Positions 50,801 to 62,800 of a stretch of 64,000 nt of DNA are shown here, one piece after another (the stretch's first letter is position 1; each line of letters starts with the position of its first letter). Source of the DNA: Mayamaea pseudoterrestris. Its lineage: Eukaryota. Under the pieces are notes generated by a model. It was given only the letters and a program-made list of their open reading frames with translations, did no database searches and was not told the origin of the DNA. Position numbers and translations under genes: made by a program. The DNA lies in contig BROI01000011.1 of assembly GCA_027923505.1 (NCBI GenBank), forward strand, positions 434,001-498,000, written 5' to 3'.

Positions 50801-53800
50801 TGCCTTGCCGAGCAAGGTTCCAAGCGCTCAACCAGTGAATGCTCCCAGTGCCTTGCCGAGCAAGGTTCCAAGCGCTCAACCAGTGAATGCTCCCAGTGCC
50901 TTGCCGAGCAAGGTTCCAAGCGCTCAACCAGTGAATGCTCCCAGTGCCTTGCCGAGCAAGGTTCCAAGCGCTCAACCAGTGAATGCTCCCAGTGCCTTGC
51001 CGAGCAAGGTTCCAAGCGCTCAACCAGTGAATGCTCCCAGTGCCTTGCCGAGCAAGGTTCCAAGCGCTCAACCAGTGAATGCTCCCAGTGCCTTGCCGAG
51101 CAAGGTTCCAAGCGCTCAACCAGTGAATGCTCCCAGTGCCTTGCCGAGCAAGGTTCCAAGCGCTCAACCAGTGAATGCTCCCAGTGCCTTGCCGAGCAAG
51201 GTTCCAAGCGATCAACCAGTGAATGCTCCCAGTGCCTTGCCGAGCAAGGTTCCAAGCGCTCAACCAGTGAATGCTCCCAGTGCCTTGCCGAGCAAGGTTC
51301 CAAGCGCTCAACCAGTGAATGCTCCCAGTGCCTTGCCGAGCAAGGTTCCAAGCGCTCAACCAGTGAATGCTCCCAGTGCCTTGCCGAGCAAGGTTCCAAG
51401 CGCTCAACCAGTGAATGCTCCCAGTGCCTTGCCGAGCAAGGTTCCAAGCGCTCAACCAGTGAATGCTCCCAGTGCCTTGCCGAGCAAGGTTCCAAGCGCT
51501 CAACCAGTGAATGCTCCCAGTGCCTTGCCGAGCAAGGTTCCAAGCGCTCAACCAGTGGATGCTCCCAGTGCCTTGCCGAGCAAGGTTCCAAGCGCTCAAC
51601 CAGTGGATGCTCCCAGTGCCTTGCCGAGCAAGGTTCCAAGCGCTCAACCAGTGGATGCTCCCAGTGCCTTGCCGAGCAAGGTTCCAAGCGCTCAACCAGT
51701 GAATGCTCCCAGTGCCTTGCCGAGCAAGGTTCCAAGCGCTCAACCAGTGGATGCTCCCAGTGCCTTGCCGAGCAAGGTTCCAAGCGCTCAACCAGTGGAT
51801 GCTCCCAGTGCCTTGCCGAGCAAGGTTCCAAGCGCTCAACCAGTGGATGCTCCCAGTGCCTTGCCGAGCAAGGTTCCAAGCGCTCAACCAGTGGATGCTC
51901 CCAGTGCCTTGCCGAGCAAGGTTCCAAGCGCTCAACCATTGGATGCTCCCAGTGCCTTGCCGAGCAAGGTTCCAAGCGCTCAACCAGCGGATGCTCCCAG
52001 TGCCTTGCCGAGCAAGGTTCCAAGCGCTCAACCAGTGGATGCTCCCAGTGCCTTGCCGAGCAAGGTTCCAAGCGCTCAACCATTGGATGCTCCCAGTGCC
52101 TTGCCGAGCAAGGTTCCAAGCGCTCAACCAGTGAATGCTCCCAGTGCCTTGCCGAGCAAGGTTCCAAGCGCTCAACCAGTGAATGCTCCCAGTGCCTTGC
52201 CGAGCAAGGTTCCAAGCGCTCAACCAGTGAATGCTCCCAGTGCCTTGCCGAGCAAGGTTCCAAGCGCTCAACCAGTGAATGCTCCCAGTGCCTTGCCGAG
52301 CAAGGTTCCAAGCGCTCAACCAGTGAATGCTCCCAGTGCCTTGCCGAGCAAGGTTCCAAGCGCTCAACCAGTGAATGCTCCCAGTGCCTTGCCGAGCAAG
52401 GTTCCTCCCAGTGCCTTGCCGAGCAAGGTTCCAAGCGCACAACCAGTGAATGCTCCCAGTGCCTTGCCGAGCAAGGTTCCAAGCGCTCAACCAGTGAATG
52501 CTCCCAGTGCCTTGCCGAGCAAGGTTCCAAGCGCTCAACCAGTGAATGCTCCCAGTGCCTTGCCGAGCAAGGTTCCAAGCGCTCAACCAGTGAATGCTCC
52601 CAGTGCCTTGCCGAGCAAGGTTCCAAGCGCTCAACCAGTGAATGCTCCCAGTGCCTTGCCGAGCAAGGTTCCAAGCGCTCAACCAGTGAATGCTCCCAGT
52701 GCCTTGCCAAGCAAGGTTCCAAGCGCTCAACCAGTGAATGCTCCCAGTGCCTTGCCGAGCAAGGTTCCAAGCGCTCAACCAGTGAATGCTCCCAGTGCCT
52801 TGCCGAGCAAGGTTCCAAGCGCTCAACCAGTGAATGCTCCCAGTGCCTTGCCGAGCAAGGTTCCAAGCGCTCAACCAGTGAATGCTCCCAGTGCCTTGCC
52901 GAGCAAGGTTCCAAGCGCTCAACCAGTGAATGCTCCCAGTGCCTTGCCAAGCAAGGTTCCAAGCGCTCAACCAGTGAATGCTCCCAGTGCCTTGCCGAGC
53001 AAGGTTCCAAGCGCTCAACCAGTGAATGTTCCCAGTGCCTTGCCGAGCAAGGTTCCAAGCGCTCAACCAGTGAATGCTCCCAGTGCCTTGCCGAGCAAGG
53101 TTCCAAGCGCTCAACCAGTGAATGCTCCCAGTGCCTTGCCGAGCAAGGTTCCAAGCGCTCAACCAGTGAATGCTCCCAGTGCCTTGCCGAGCAAGGTTCC
53201 AAGCGCTCAACCAGTGAATGCTCCCAGTGCTTTGCCGAGCAAGGTTCCAAGCGCTCAACCAGTGAATGCTCCCAGTGCCTTGCCGAGCAAGGTTCCAAGC
53301 GCTCAACCAGTGAATGCTCCCAGTGCCTTGCCGAGCAAGGTTCCAAGCGCTCAACCAGTGAATGCTCCCAGTGCCTTGCCGAGCAAGGTTCCAAGCGCTC
53401 AACCAGTGAATGCTCCCAGTGCCTTGCCGAGCAAGGTTCCAAGCGCTCAACCAGTGAATGCTCCCAGTGCCTTGCCGAGCAAGGTTCCAAGCGCTCAACC
53501 AGTGAATGCTCCCAGTGCCTTGCCGAGCAAGGTTCCAAGCGCTCAACCAGTGAATGCTCCCAGTGCCTTGCCGAGCAAGGTTCCAAGCGCTCAACCAGTG
53601 AATGCTCCCAGTGCCTTGCCGAGCAAGGTTCCAAGCGCTCAACCAGTGGATGCTCCCAGTGCCTTGCCGAGCAAGGTTCCAAGCGCTCAACCAGTGGATG
53701 CTCCCAGTGCCTTGCCGAGCAAGGTTCCAAGCGCTCAACCAGTGAATGCCCCCAGTGCCTTGCCGAGCAAGGTTCCAAGCGCTCTACCAGTGAATGCTCC

Positions 53801-56800
53801 CAATGCCTTGCCGAGCAAGGTTCCAAGCGCTCAACCAGTGAATGCTCCCAGTGCCTTGCCGAGCAAGGTTCCAAGCGCTCAACCAGCTGTGAATGCTCCC
53901 AGTGCCTTGCCGAGCAAGGTTCCAAGCGCTCAACCAGTGGATGCTCCCAGTGCCTTGCCGAGCAAGGTTCCAAGCGCTCAACCAGTGAATGCTCCCAGTG
54001 CCTTGCCGAGCAAGGTTCCAAGCGCTCAACCAGTGAATGCTCCCAGTGCCTTGCCGAGCAAGGTTCCAAGCGCTCAACCAGTGAATGCTCCCAGTGCCTT
54101 GCCGAGCAAGGTTCCAAGCGCTCAACCAGTGAATGCTCCCAGTGCCTTGCCGAGCAAGGTTCCAAGCGCTCAACCAGTGAATGCTCCCAGTGCCTTGCCG
54201 AGCAAGGTTCCAAGCGCTCAACCAGTGAATGCTCCCAGTGCCTTGCCGAGCAAGGTTCCAAGCGCTCAACCAGTGAATGCTCCCAGTGCCTTGCCGAGCA
54301 AGGTTCCAAGCGCTCAACCAGTGAATGCTCCCAGTGCCTTGCCGAGCAAGGTTCCAAGCGCTCAACCAGTGAATGCTCCCAGTGCCTTGCCGAGCAAGGT
54401 TCCAAGCGCTCAACCAGTGAATGCTCCCAGTGCCTTGCCGAGCAAGGTTCCAAGCGCTCAACCAGTGAATGCTCCCAGTGCCTTGCCGAGCAAGGTTCCA
54501 AGCGCTCAACCAGTGAATGCTCCCAGTGCCTTGCCGAGCAAGGTTCCAAGCGCTCAACCAGTGAATGCTCCCAGTGCCTTGCCGAGCAAGGTTCCAAGCG
54601 CTCAACCAGTGGATGCTCCCAGTGCCTTGCCGAGCAAGGTTCCAAGCGCTCAACCAGTGGATGCTCCCAGTGCCTTGCCGAGCAAGGTTCCAAGCGCTCA
54701 ACCAGTGAATGCTCCCAGTGCCTTGCCGAGCAAGGTTCCAAGCGCTCAACCAGTGGATGCTCCCAGTGCCTTGCCGAGCAAGGTTCCAAGCGCTCAACCA
54801 GTGAATGCTCCCAGTGCCTTGCCGAGCAAGGTTCCAAGCGCTCAACCAGTGAATGCTCCCAGTGCCTTGCCGAGCAAGGTTCCAAGCGCTCAACCAGTGA
54901 ATGCTCCCAGTGCCTTGCCGAGCAAGGTTCCAAGCGCTCAACCAGTGAATGCTCCCAGTGCCTTGCCGAGCAAGGTTCCAAGCGCTCAACCAGTGAATGC
55001 TCCCAGTGCCTTGCCGAGCAAGGTTCCAAGCGCTCAACCAGTGAATGCTCCCAGTGCCTTGCCGAGCAAGGTTCCAAGCGCTCAACCAGTGAATGCTCCC
55101 AGTGCCTTGCCGAGCAAGGTTCCAAGCGCTCAACCAGTGAATGCTCCCAGTGCCTTGCCGAGCAAGGTTCCAAGCGCTCAACCAGTGAATGCTCCCAGTG
55201 CCTTGCCGAGCAAGGTTCCAAGCGCTCAACCAGTGAATGCTCCCAGTGCCTTGCCGAGCAAGGTTCCAAGCGCTCAACCAGTGAATGCTCCCAGTGCCTT
55301 GCCGAGTTTCCAAGCCCAACCAGTGATGCCCCAGGTTCCAAGCGCTCAACCAGTGAATGCCCCCAGTGCCTTGCCGAGCAAGGTTCCAAGCGCTCAACCA
55401 GTGAATGCCCCCAGTGCCTTGCCGAGCAAGGTTCCAAGCGCCCAACCAGCCGTGAATGCCCCCAGTGCCTTGCCGAGCAAGGTTCCAAGCGCTCAACCAG
55501 CGAATGCTCCCAGTGCCTTGCCGAGCAAGGTTCCAAGCGCTCAACCAGCGAATGCTCCCAGTGCCTTGCCGAGCAAGGTTCCAAGCGCTCAACCAGTGAA
55601 TGCTCCCAGTGCCTTGCCGAGCAAGGTTCCAAGCGCTCAACCAGTGAATGCTCCCAGTGCCTTGCCGAGCAAGGTTCCACGGTTCCAAGCGCTCAACCAG
55701 TGAATGCTCCCAGTGCCTTGCCGAGCAAGGTTCCAAGCGCTCAACCAGTGAATGCTCCCAGTGCCTTGCCGAGCAAGGTTCCAAGCGCTCAACCAGTGAA
55801 TGCTCCCAGTGCCTTGCCGAGCAAGGTTCCAAGCGCTCAACCAGTGAATGCTCCCAGTGCCTTGCCGAGCAAGGTTCCAAGCGCTCAACCAGTGAATGCT
55901 CCCAGTGCCTTGCCGAGCAAGGTTCCAAGCGCTCAACCAGTGAATGCTCCCAGTGCCTTGCCGAGCAAGGTTCCAAGCGCTCAACCAGTGAATGCTCCCA
56001 GTGCCTTGCCGAGCAAGGTTCCAAGCGCTCAACCAGTGAATGCTCCCAGTGCCTTGCCGAGCAAGGTTCCAAGCGCTCAACCAGTGAATGCTCCCAGTGC
56101 CTTGCCGAGCAAGGTTCCAAGCGCTCAACCAGTGAATGCTCCCAGTGCCTTGCCGAGCAAGGTTCCAAGCGCTCAACCAGTGAATGCTCCCAGTGCCTTG
56201 CCGAGCAAGGTTCCAAGCGCTCAACCAGTGAATGCTCCCAGTGCCTTGCCGAGCAAGGTTCCAAGCGCTCAACCAGTGAATGCTCCCAGTGCCTTGCCGA
56301 GCAAGGTTCCAAGCGCTCAACCAGTGAATGCTCCCAGTGCCTTGCCGAGCAAGGTTCCAAGCGCTCAACCAGTGAATGCTCCCAGTGCCTTGCCGAGCAA
56401 GGTTCCAAGCGCTCAACCAGTGAATGCTCCCAGTGCCTTGCCAAGCAAGGTTCCAAGCGCTCAACCAGTGAATGCCCCCAGTGCCTTGCCGAGCAAGGTT
56501 CCAAGCGCTCAACCAGTGAATGCTCCCAGTGCCTTGCCAAGCAAGGTTCCAAGCGCTCAACCAGTGAATGCTCCCAGTGCCTTGCCGAGCAAGGTTCCAA
56601 GCGCCCAACCAGCCGTGAATGCTCCCAGTGCCTTGCCGAGCAAGGTTCCAAGCGCCCAACCAGCCGTGAATGCTCCCAGTGCCTTGCCGAGCAAGGTTCC
56701 AAGCGCTCAACCAGTGAATGCTCCCAGTGCCTTGCCGAGCAAGGTTCCAAGCGCTCAACCAGTGAATGCTCCCAGTGCCTTGCCGAGCAAGGTTCCAAGC

Positions 56801-59800
56801 GCTCAACCAGTGAATGCTCCCAGTGCCTTGCCGAGCAAGGTTCCAAGCGCTCAACCAGTAAATGCTCCCAGTGCCTTGCCGAGCAAGGTTCCAAGCGCTC
56901 AACCAGTGAATGCTCCCAGTGCCTTGCCGAGCAAGGTTCCAAGCGCTCAACCAGTGAATGCTCCCAGTGCCTTGCCGAGCAAGGTTCCAAGCGCTCAACC
57001 AGTGAATGCTCCCAGTGCCTTGCCGAGCAAGGTTCCAAGCGCTCAACCAGTGAATGCTCCCAGTGCCTTGCCGAGCAAGGTTCCAAGCGCTCAACCAGTG
57101 AATGCTCCCAGTGCCTTGCCGAGCAAGGTTCCAAGCGCTCAACCAGTGAATGCTCCCAGTGCCTTGCCGAGCAAGGTTCCAAGCGCTCAACCAGTGAATG
57201 CTCCCAGTGCCTTGCCGAGCAAGGTTCCAAGCGCTCAACCAGTGAATGCTCCCAGTGCCTTGCCGAGCAAGGTTCCAAGCGCTCAACCAGTGAATGCTCC
57301 CAGTGCCTTGCCGAGCAAGGTTCCAAGCGCTCAACCAGTGAATGCTCCCAGTGCCTTGCCGAGCAAGGTTCCAAGCGCTCAACCAGTGAATGCTCCCAGT
57401 GCCTTGCCGAGCAAGGTTCCAAGCGCTCAACCAGTGAATGCTCCCAGTGCCTTGCCGAGCAAGGTTCCAAGCGCTCAACCAGTGAATGCTCCCAGTGCCT
57501 TGCCGAGCAAGGTTCCAAGCGCTCAACCAGTGAATGCTCCCAGTGCCTTGCCGAGCAAGGTTCCAAGCGCTCAACCAGTGAATGCTCCCAGTGCCTTGCC
57601 GAGCAAGGTTCCAAGCGCTCAACCAGTGAATGCTCCCAGTGCCTTGCCGAGCAAGGTTCCAAGCGCTCAACCAGTGAATGCTCCCAGTGCCTTGCCGAGC
57701 AAGGTTCCAAGCGCTCAACCAGTGAATGCTCCCAGTGCCTTGCCGAGCAAGGTTCCAAGCGCTCAACCAGTGAATGCTCCCAGTGCCTTGCCGAGCAAGG
57801 TTCCAAGCGCTCAACCAGTGAATGCTCCCAGTGCCTTGCCGAGCAAGGTTCCAAGCGCTCAACCAGTGAATGCTCCCAGTGCCTTGCCGAGCAAGGTTCC
57901 AAGCGCTCAACCAGTGAATGCTCCCAGTGCCTTGCCGAGCAAGGTTCCAAGCGCTCAACCAGTGAATGCTCCCAGTGCCTTGCCGAGCAAGGTTCCAAGC
58001 GCTCAACCAGTGAATGCTCCCAGTGCCTTGCCGAGCAAGGTTCCAAGCGCTCAACCAGTGAATGCTCCCAGTGCCTTGCCGAGCAAGGTTCCAAGCGCTC
58101 AACCAGTGAATGCTCCCAGTGCCTTGCCGAGCAAGGTTCCAAGCGCTCAACCAGTGAATGCTCCCAGTGCCTTGCCGAGCAAGGTTCCAAGCGCTCAACC
58201 AGTGAATGCTCCCAGTGCCTTGCCGAGCAAGGTTCCAAGCGCTCAACCAGTGAATGCTCCCAGTGCCTTGCCGAGCAAGGTTCCAAGCGCTCAACCAGTG
58301 AATGCTCCCAGTGCCTTGCCGAGCAAGGTTCCAAGCGCTCAACCAGTGAATGCTCCCAGTGCCTTGCCGAGCAAGGTTCCAAGCGCTCAACCAGTGAATG
58401 CTCCCAGTGCCTTGCCGAGCAAGGTTCCAAGCGCTCAACCAGTGAATGCTCCCAGTGCCTTGCCGAGCAAGGTTCCAAGCGCTCAACCAGTGAATGCTCC
58501 CAGTGCCTTGCCGAGCAAGGTTCCAAGCGCTCAACCAGTGAATGCTCCCAGTGCCTTGCCGAGCAAGGTTCCAAGCGCTCAACCAGTGAATGCTCCCAGT
58601 GCCTTGCCGAGCAAGGTTCCAAGCGCTCAACCAGTGAATGCTCCCAGTGCCTTGCCGAGCAAGGTTCCAAGCGCTCAACCAGTGAATGCTCCCAGTGCCT
58701 TGCCGAGCAAGGTTCCAAGCGCTCAACCAGTGAATGCTCCCAGTGCCTTGCCGAGCAAGGTTCCAAGCGCTCAACCAGTGAATGCTCCCAGTGCCTTGCC
58801 GAGCAAGGTTCCAAGCGCTCAACCAGTGAATGCTCCCAGTGCCTTGCCGAGCAAGGTTCCAAGCGCTCAACCAGTGAATGCTCCCAGTGCCTTGCCGAGC
58901 AAGGTTCCAAGCGCTCAACCAGTGAATGCTCCCAGTGCCTTGCCGAGCAAGGTTCCAAGCGCTCAACCAGTGAATGCTCCCAGTGCCTTGCCGAGCAAGG
59001 TTCCCAGCGCTCAACCAGTGAATGCTCCCAGTGCCTTGCCGAGCAAGGTTCCCAGCGCTCAACCAGTGAATGCTCCCAGTGCCTTGCCGAGCAAGGTTCC
59101 AAGCGCTCAACCAGTGAATGCTCCCAGTGCCTTGCCGAGCAAGGTTCCAAGCGCTCAACCAGTGAATGCTCCCAGTGCCTTGCCGAGCAAGGTTCCAAGC
59201 GCTCAACCAGTGAATGCTCCCAGTGCCTTGCCGAGCAAGGTTCCAAGCGCTCAACCAGTGAATGCTCCCAGTGCCTTGCCGAGCAAGGTTCCAAGCGCTC
59301 AACCAGTGAATGCTCCCAGTGCCTTGCCGAGCAAGGTTCCAAGCGCTCAACCAGTGAATGCTCCCAGTGCCTTGCCGAGCAAGGTTCCAAGCGCTCAACC
59401 AGTGAATGCTCCCAGTGCCTTGCCGAGCAAGGTTCCAAGCGCTCAACCAGTGAATGCTCCCAGTGCCTTGCCGAGCAAGGTTCCAAGCGCTCAACCAGTG
59501 AATGCTCCCAGTGCCTTGCCGAGCAAGGTTCCAAGCGATCAACCAGTGAATGCTCCCAGTGCCTTGCCGAGCAAGGTTCCAAGCGCTCAACCAGTGAATG
59601 CTCCCAGTGCCTTGCCGAGCAAGGTTCCAAGCGCTCAACCAGTGAATGCTCCCAGTGCCTTGCCGAGCAAGGTTCCAAGCGCTCAACCAGTGAATGCTCC
59701 CAGTGCCTTGCCGAGCAAGGTTCCAAGCGCTCAACCAGTGAATGCTCCCAGTGCCTTGCCGAGCAAGGTTCCAAGCGCTCAACCAGTGAATGCTCCCAGT

Positions 59801-62800
59801 GCCTTGCCGAGCAAGGTTCCAAGCGCTCAACCAGTGAATGCTCCCAGTGCCTTGCCGAGCAAGGTTCCAAGCGCTCAACCAGTGGATGCTCCCAGTGCCT
59901 TGCCGAGCAAGGTTCCAAGCGCTCAACCAGTGGATGCTCCCAGTGCCTTGCCGAGCAAGGTTCCAAGCGCTCAACCAGTGGATGCTCCCAGTGCCTTGCC
60001 GAGCAAGGTTCCAAGCGCTCAACCAGTGAATGCTCCCAGTGCCTTGCCGAGCAAGGTTCCAAGCGCTCAACCAGTGGATGCTCCCAGTGCCTTGCCGAGC
60101 AAGGTTCCAAGCGCTCAACCAGTGGATGCTCCCAGTGCCTTGCCGAGCAAGGTTCCAAGCGCTCAACCAGTGGATGCTCCCAGTGCCTTGCCGAGCAAGG
60201 TTCCAAGCGCTCAACCAGTGGATGCTCCCAGTGCCTTGCCGAGCAAGGTTCCAAGCGCTCAACCATTGGATGCTCCCAGTGCCTTGCCGAGCAAGGTTCC
60301 AAGCGCTCAACCAGCGGATGCTCCCAGTGCCTTGCCGAGCAAGGTTCCAAGCGCTCAACCAGTGGATGCTCCCAGTGCCTTGCCGAGCAAGGTTCCAAGC
60401 GCTCAACCATTGGATGCTCCCAGTGCCTTGCCGAGCAAGGTTCCAAGCGCTCAACCAGTGAATGCTCCCAGTGCCTTGCCGAGCAAGGTTCCAAGCGCTC
60501 AACCAGTGAATGCTCCCAGTGCCTTGCCGAGCAAGGTTCCAAGCGCTCAACCAGTGAATGCTCCCAGTGCCTTGCCGAGCAAGGTTCCAAGCGCTCAACC
60601 AGTGAATGCTCCCAGTGCCTTGCCGAGCAAGGTTCCAAGCGCTCAACCAGTGAATGCTCCCAGTGCCTTGCCGAGCAAGGTTCCAAGCGCTCAACCAGTG
60701 AATGCTCCCAGTGCCTTGCCGAGCAAGGTTCCAAGCGCTCAACCAGTGAATGCTCCCAGTGCCTTGCCGAGCAAGGTTCCAAGCGCTCAACCAGTGGATG
60801 CTCCCAGTGCCTTGCCGAGCAAGGTTCCAAGCGCTCAACCAGTGGATGCTCCCAGTGCCTTGCCGAGCAAGGTTCCAAGCGCTCAACCAGTGGATGCTCC
60901 CAGTGCCTTGCCGAGCAAGGTTCCAAGCGCTCAACCAGTGAATGCTCCCAGTGCCTTGCCGAGCAAGGTTCCAAGCGCTCAACCAGTGGATGCTCCCAGT
61001 GCCTTGCCGAGCAAGGTTCCAAGCGCTCAACCAGTGAATGCTCCCAGTGCCTTGCCGAGCAAGGTTCCAAGCGCTCAACCAGTGGATGCTCCCAGTGCCT
61101 TGCCGAGCAAGGTTCCAAGCGCTCAACCAGTGAATGCTCCCAGTGCCTTGCCGAGCAAGGTTCCAAGCGCTCAACCAGTGGATGCTCCCAGTGCCTTGCC
61201 GAGCAAGGTTCCAAGCGCTCAACCAGTGGATGCTCCCAGTGCCTTGCCGAGCAAGGTTCCAAGCGCTCAACCAGTGGATGCTCCCAGTGCCTTGCCGAGC
61301 AAGGTTCCAAGCGCTCAACCAGTGAATGCTCCCAGTGCCTTGCCGAGCAAGGTTCCAAGCGCTCAACCAGTGAATGCTCCCAGTGCCTTGCCGAGCAAGG
61401 TTCCAAGCGCTCAACCAGTGAATGCTCCCAGTGCCTTGCCGAGCAAGGTTCCAAGCGCTCAACCAGTGAATGCTCCCAGTGCCTTGCCGAGCAAGGTTCC
61501 AAGCGCTCAACCAGTGAATGCTCCCAGTGCCTTGCCGAGCAAGGTTCCAAGCGCTCAACCAGTGAATGCTCCCAGTGCCTTGCCGAGCAAGGTTCCAAGC
61601 GCTCAACCAGTGAATGCTCCCAGTGCCTTGCCGAGCAAGGTTCCAAGCGCTCAACCAGTGAATGCTCCCAGTGCCTTGCCGAGCAAGGTTCCAAGCGCTC
61701 AACCAGTGAATGCTCCCAGTGCCTTGCCGAGCAAGGTTCCAAGCGCTCAACCAGTGAATGCTCCCAGTGCCTTGCCGAGCAAGGTTCCAAGCGCTCAACC
61801 AGTGAATGCTCCCAGTGCCTTGCCGAGCAAGGTTCCAAGCGCTCAACCAGTGAATGCTCCCAGTGCCTTGCCGAGCAAGGTTCCAAGCGCCCAACCAGCC
61901 GTGGATGCTCCCAGTGCCTTGCCGAGCAAGGTTCCAAGCGCCCAACCAGCCGTGAATGCTCCCAGTGCCTTGCCGAGCAAGGTTCCAAGCGCCCAACCAG
62001 CCGTGAATGCTCCCAGTGCCTTGCCGAGCAAGGTTCCAAGCGCCCAACCAGCCGTGAATGCTCCCAGTGCCTTGCCAAGCAAGGTTCCAAGCGCCCAACC
62101 AGCCGTGAATGCACCCAGTGCCTTGCCGAGCAAGGTTCCAAGCGCCCAACCAGCCGTGAATGCACCCAGTGCCTTGCCGAGCAAGGTTCCAAGCGCCCAA
62201 CCAGCTGTGAATGCTCCCAGTGCCTTGCCGAGCAAGGTGCCAAGCGCCCAACCAGCTGTGAATGCTCCCAGTGCCTTGCCGAGCAAGGTGCCAAGCGCCC
62301 AACCAGCTGTGAATGCTCCCAGTGCCTTGCCGAGCAAGGTTCCAAGTGCCCAACCAGCCGTGAATGCTCCCAGTGCCTTGCCTAGCAAGGTTCCTTTGCT
62401 GACAATTCGACCCACTGCGCGGCAACAGCCTACGCGCAAACCATTGGCGAGTACCATGTCAATGAATATGAATATGGGAGGCAGTGGAGTACCAACAAGA
62501 CAGCCCGTTGCACCGTCTTTAACCAAAAAACCAACAACCAAGCCCATCAAGATACCGAGTTCATCGCCACAGGTAAAGACTCCCACAGTGGAGGGCATGA
62601 AAATGGGCATGAGTAATCCAACAGCTACTCCGGCTGCCTTCAGTAAAGGTAATGGAAGCAAGGCAGGAGGAAAGGGTGGAGTTAGCAAGCTACCAGTAAA
62701 AGGCGGCAGCAACGCTGGAAAAGCTGGAGGTGGCAATTCAGAAGGAAAGGGCAGCAATAGCAGCTTAAGCAAAGGCGGTAGCAAGAGCACTCCAAAAGGA

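Noticed and set aside
16450..62395. Arrays as CRISPR, telomeric or non-coding centromeric satellite
   Set aside because: There are no unique spacers, unit lengths are multiples of 3, and the arrays are embedded in frame between unique coding ends.
16435..62425. Very long alternate-frame and antisense ORFs (CSQCLAEQGSKRSTS, LEPCSARHWEHSLVER, AWNLARQGTGSIHWLS, MLPVPCRARFQALNQW and GKALGAFTAGWALGTLL repeats)
   Set aside because: These are by-products of a 48/51-bp unit lacking stops in most frames. Only the PSALPSKV frame connects to signal peptides and coherent C-termini, and most unit variants are synonymous or conservative in that frame.
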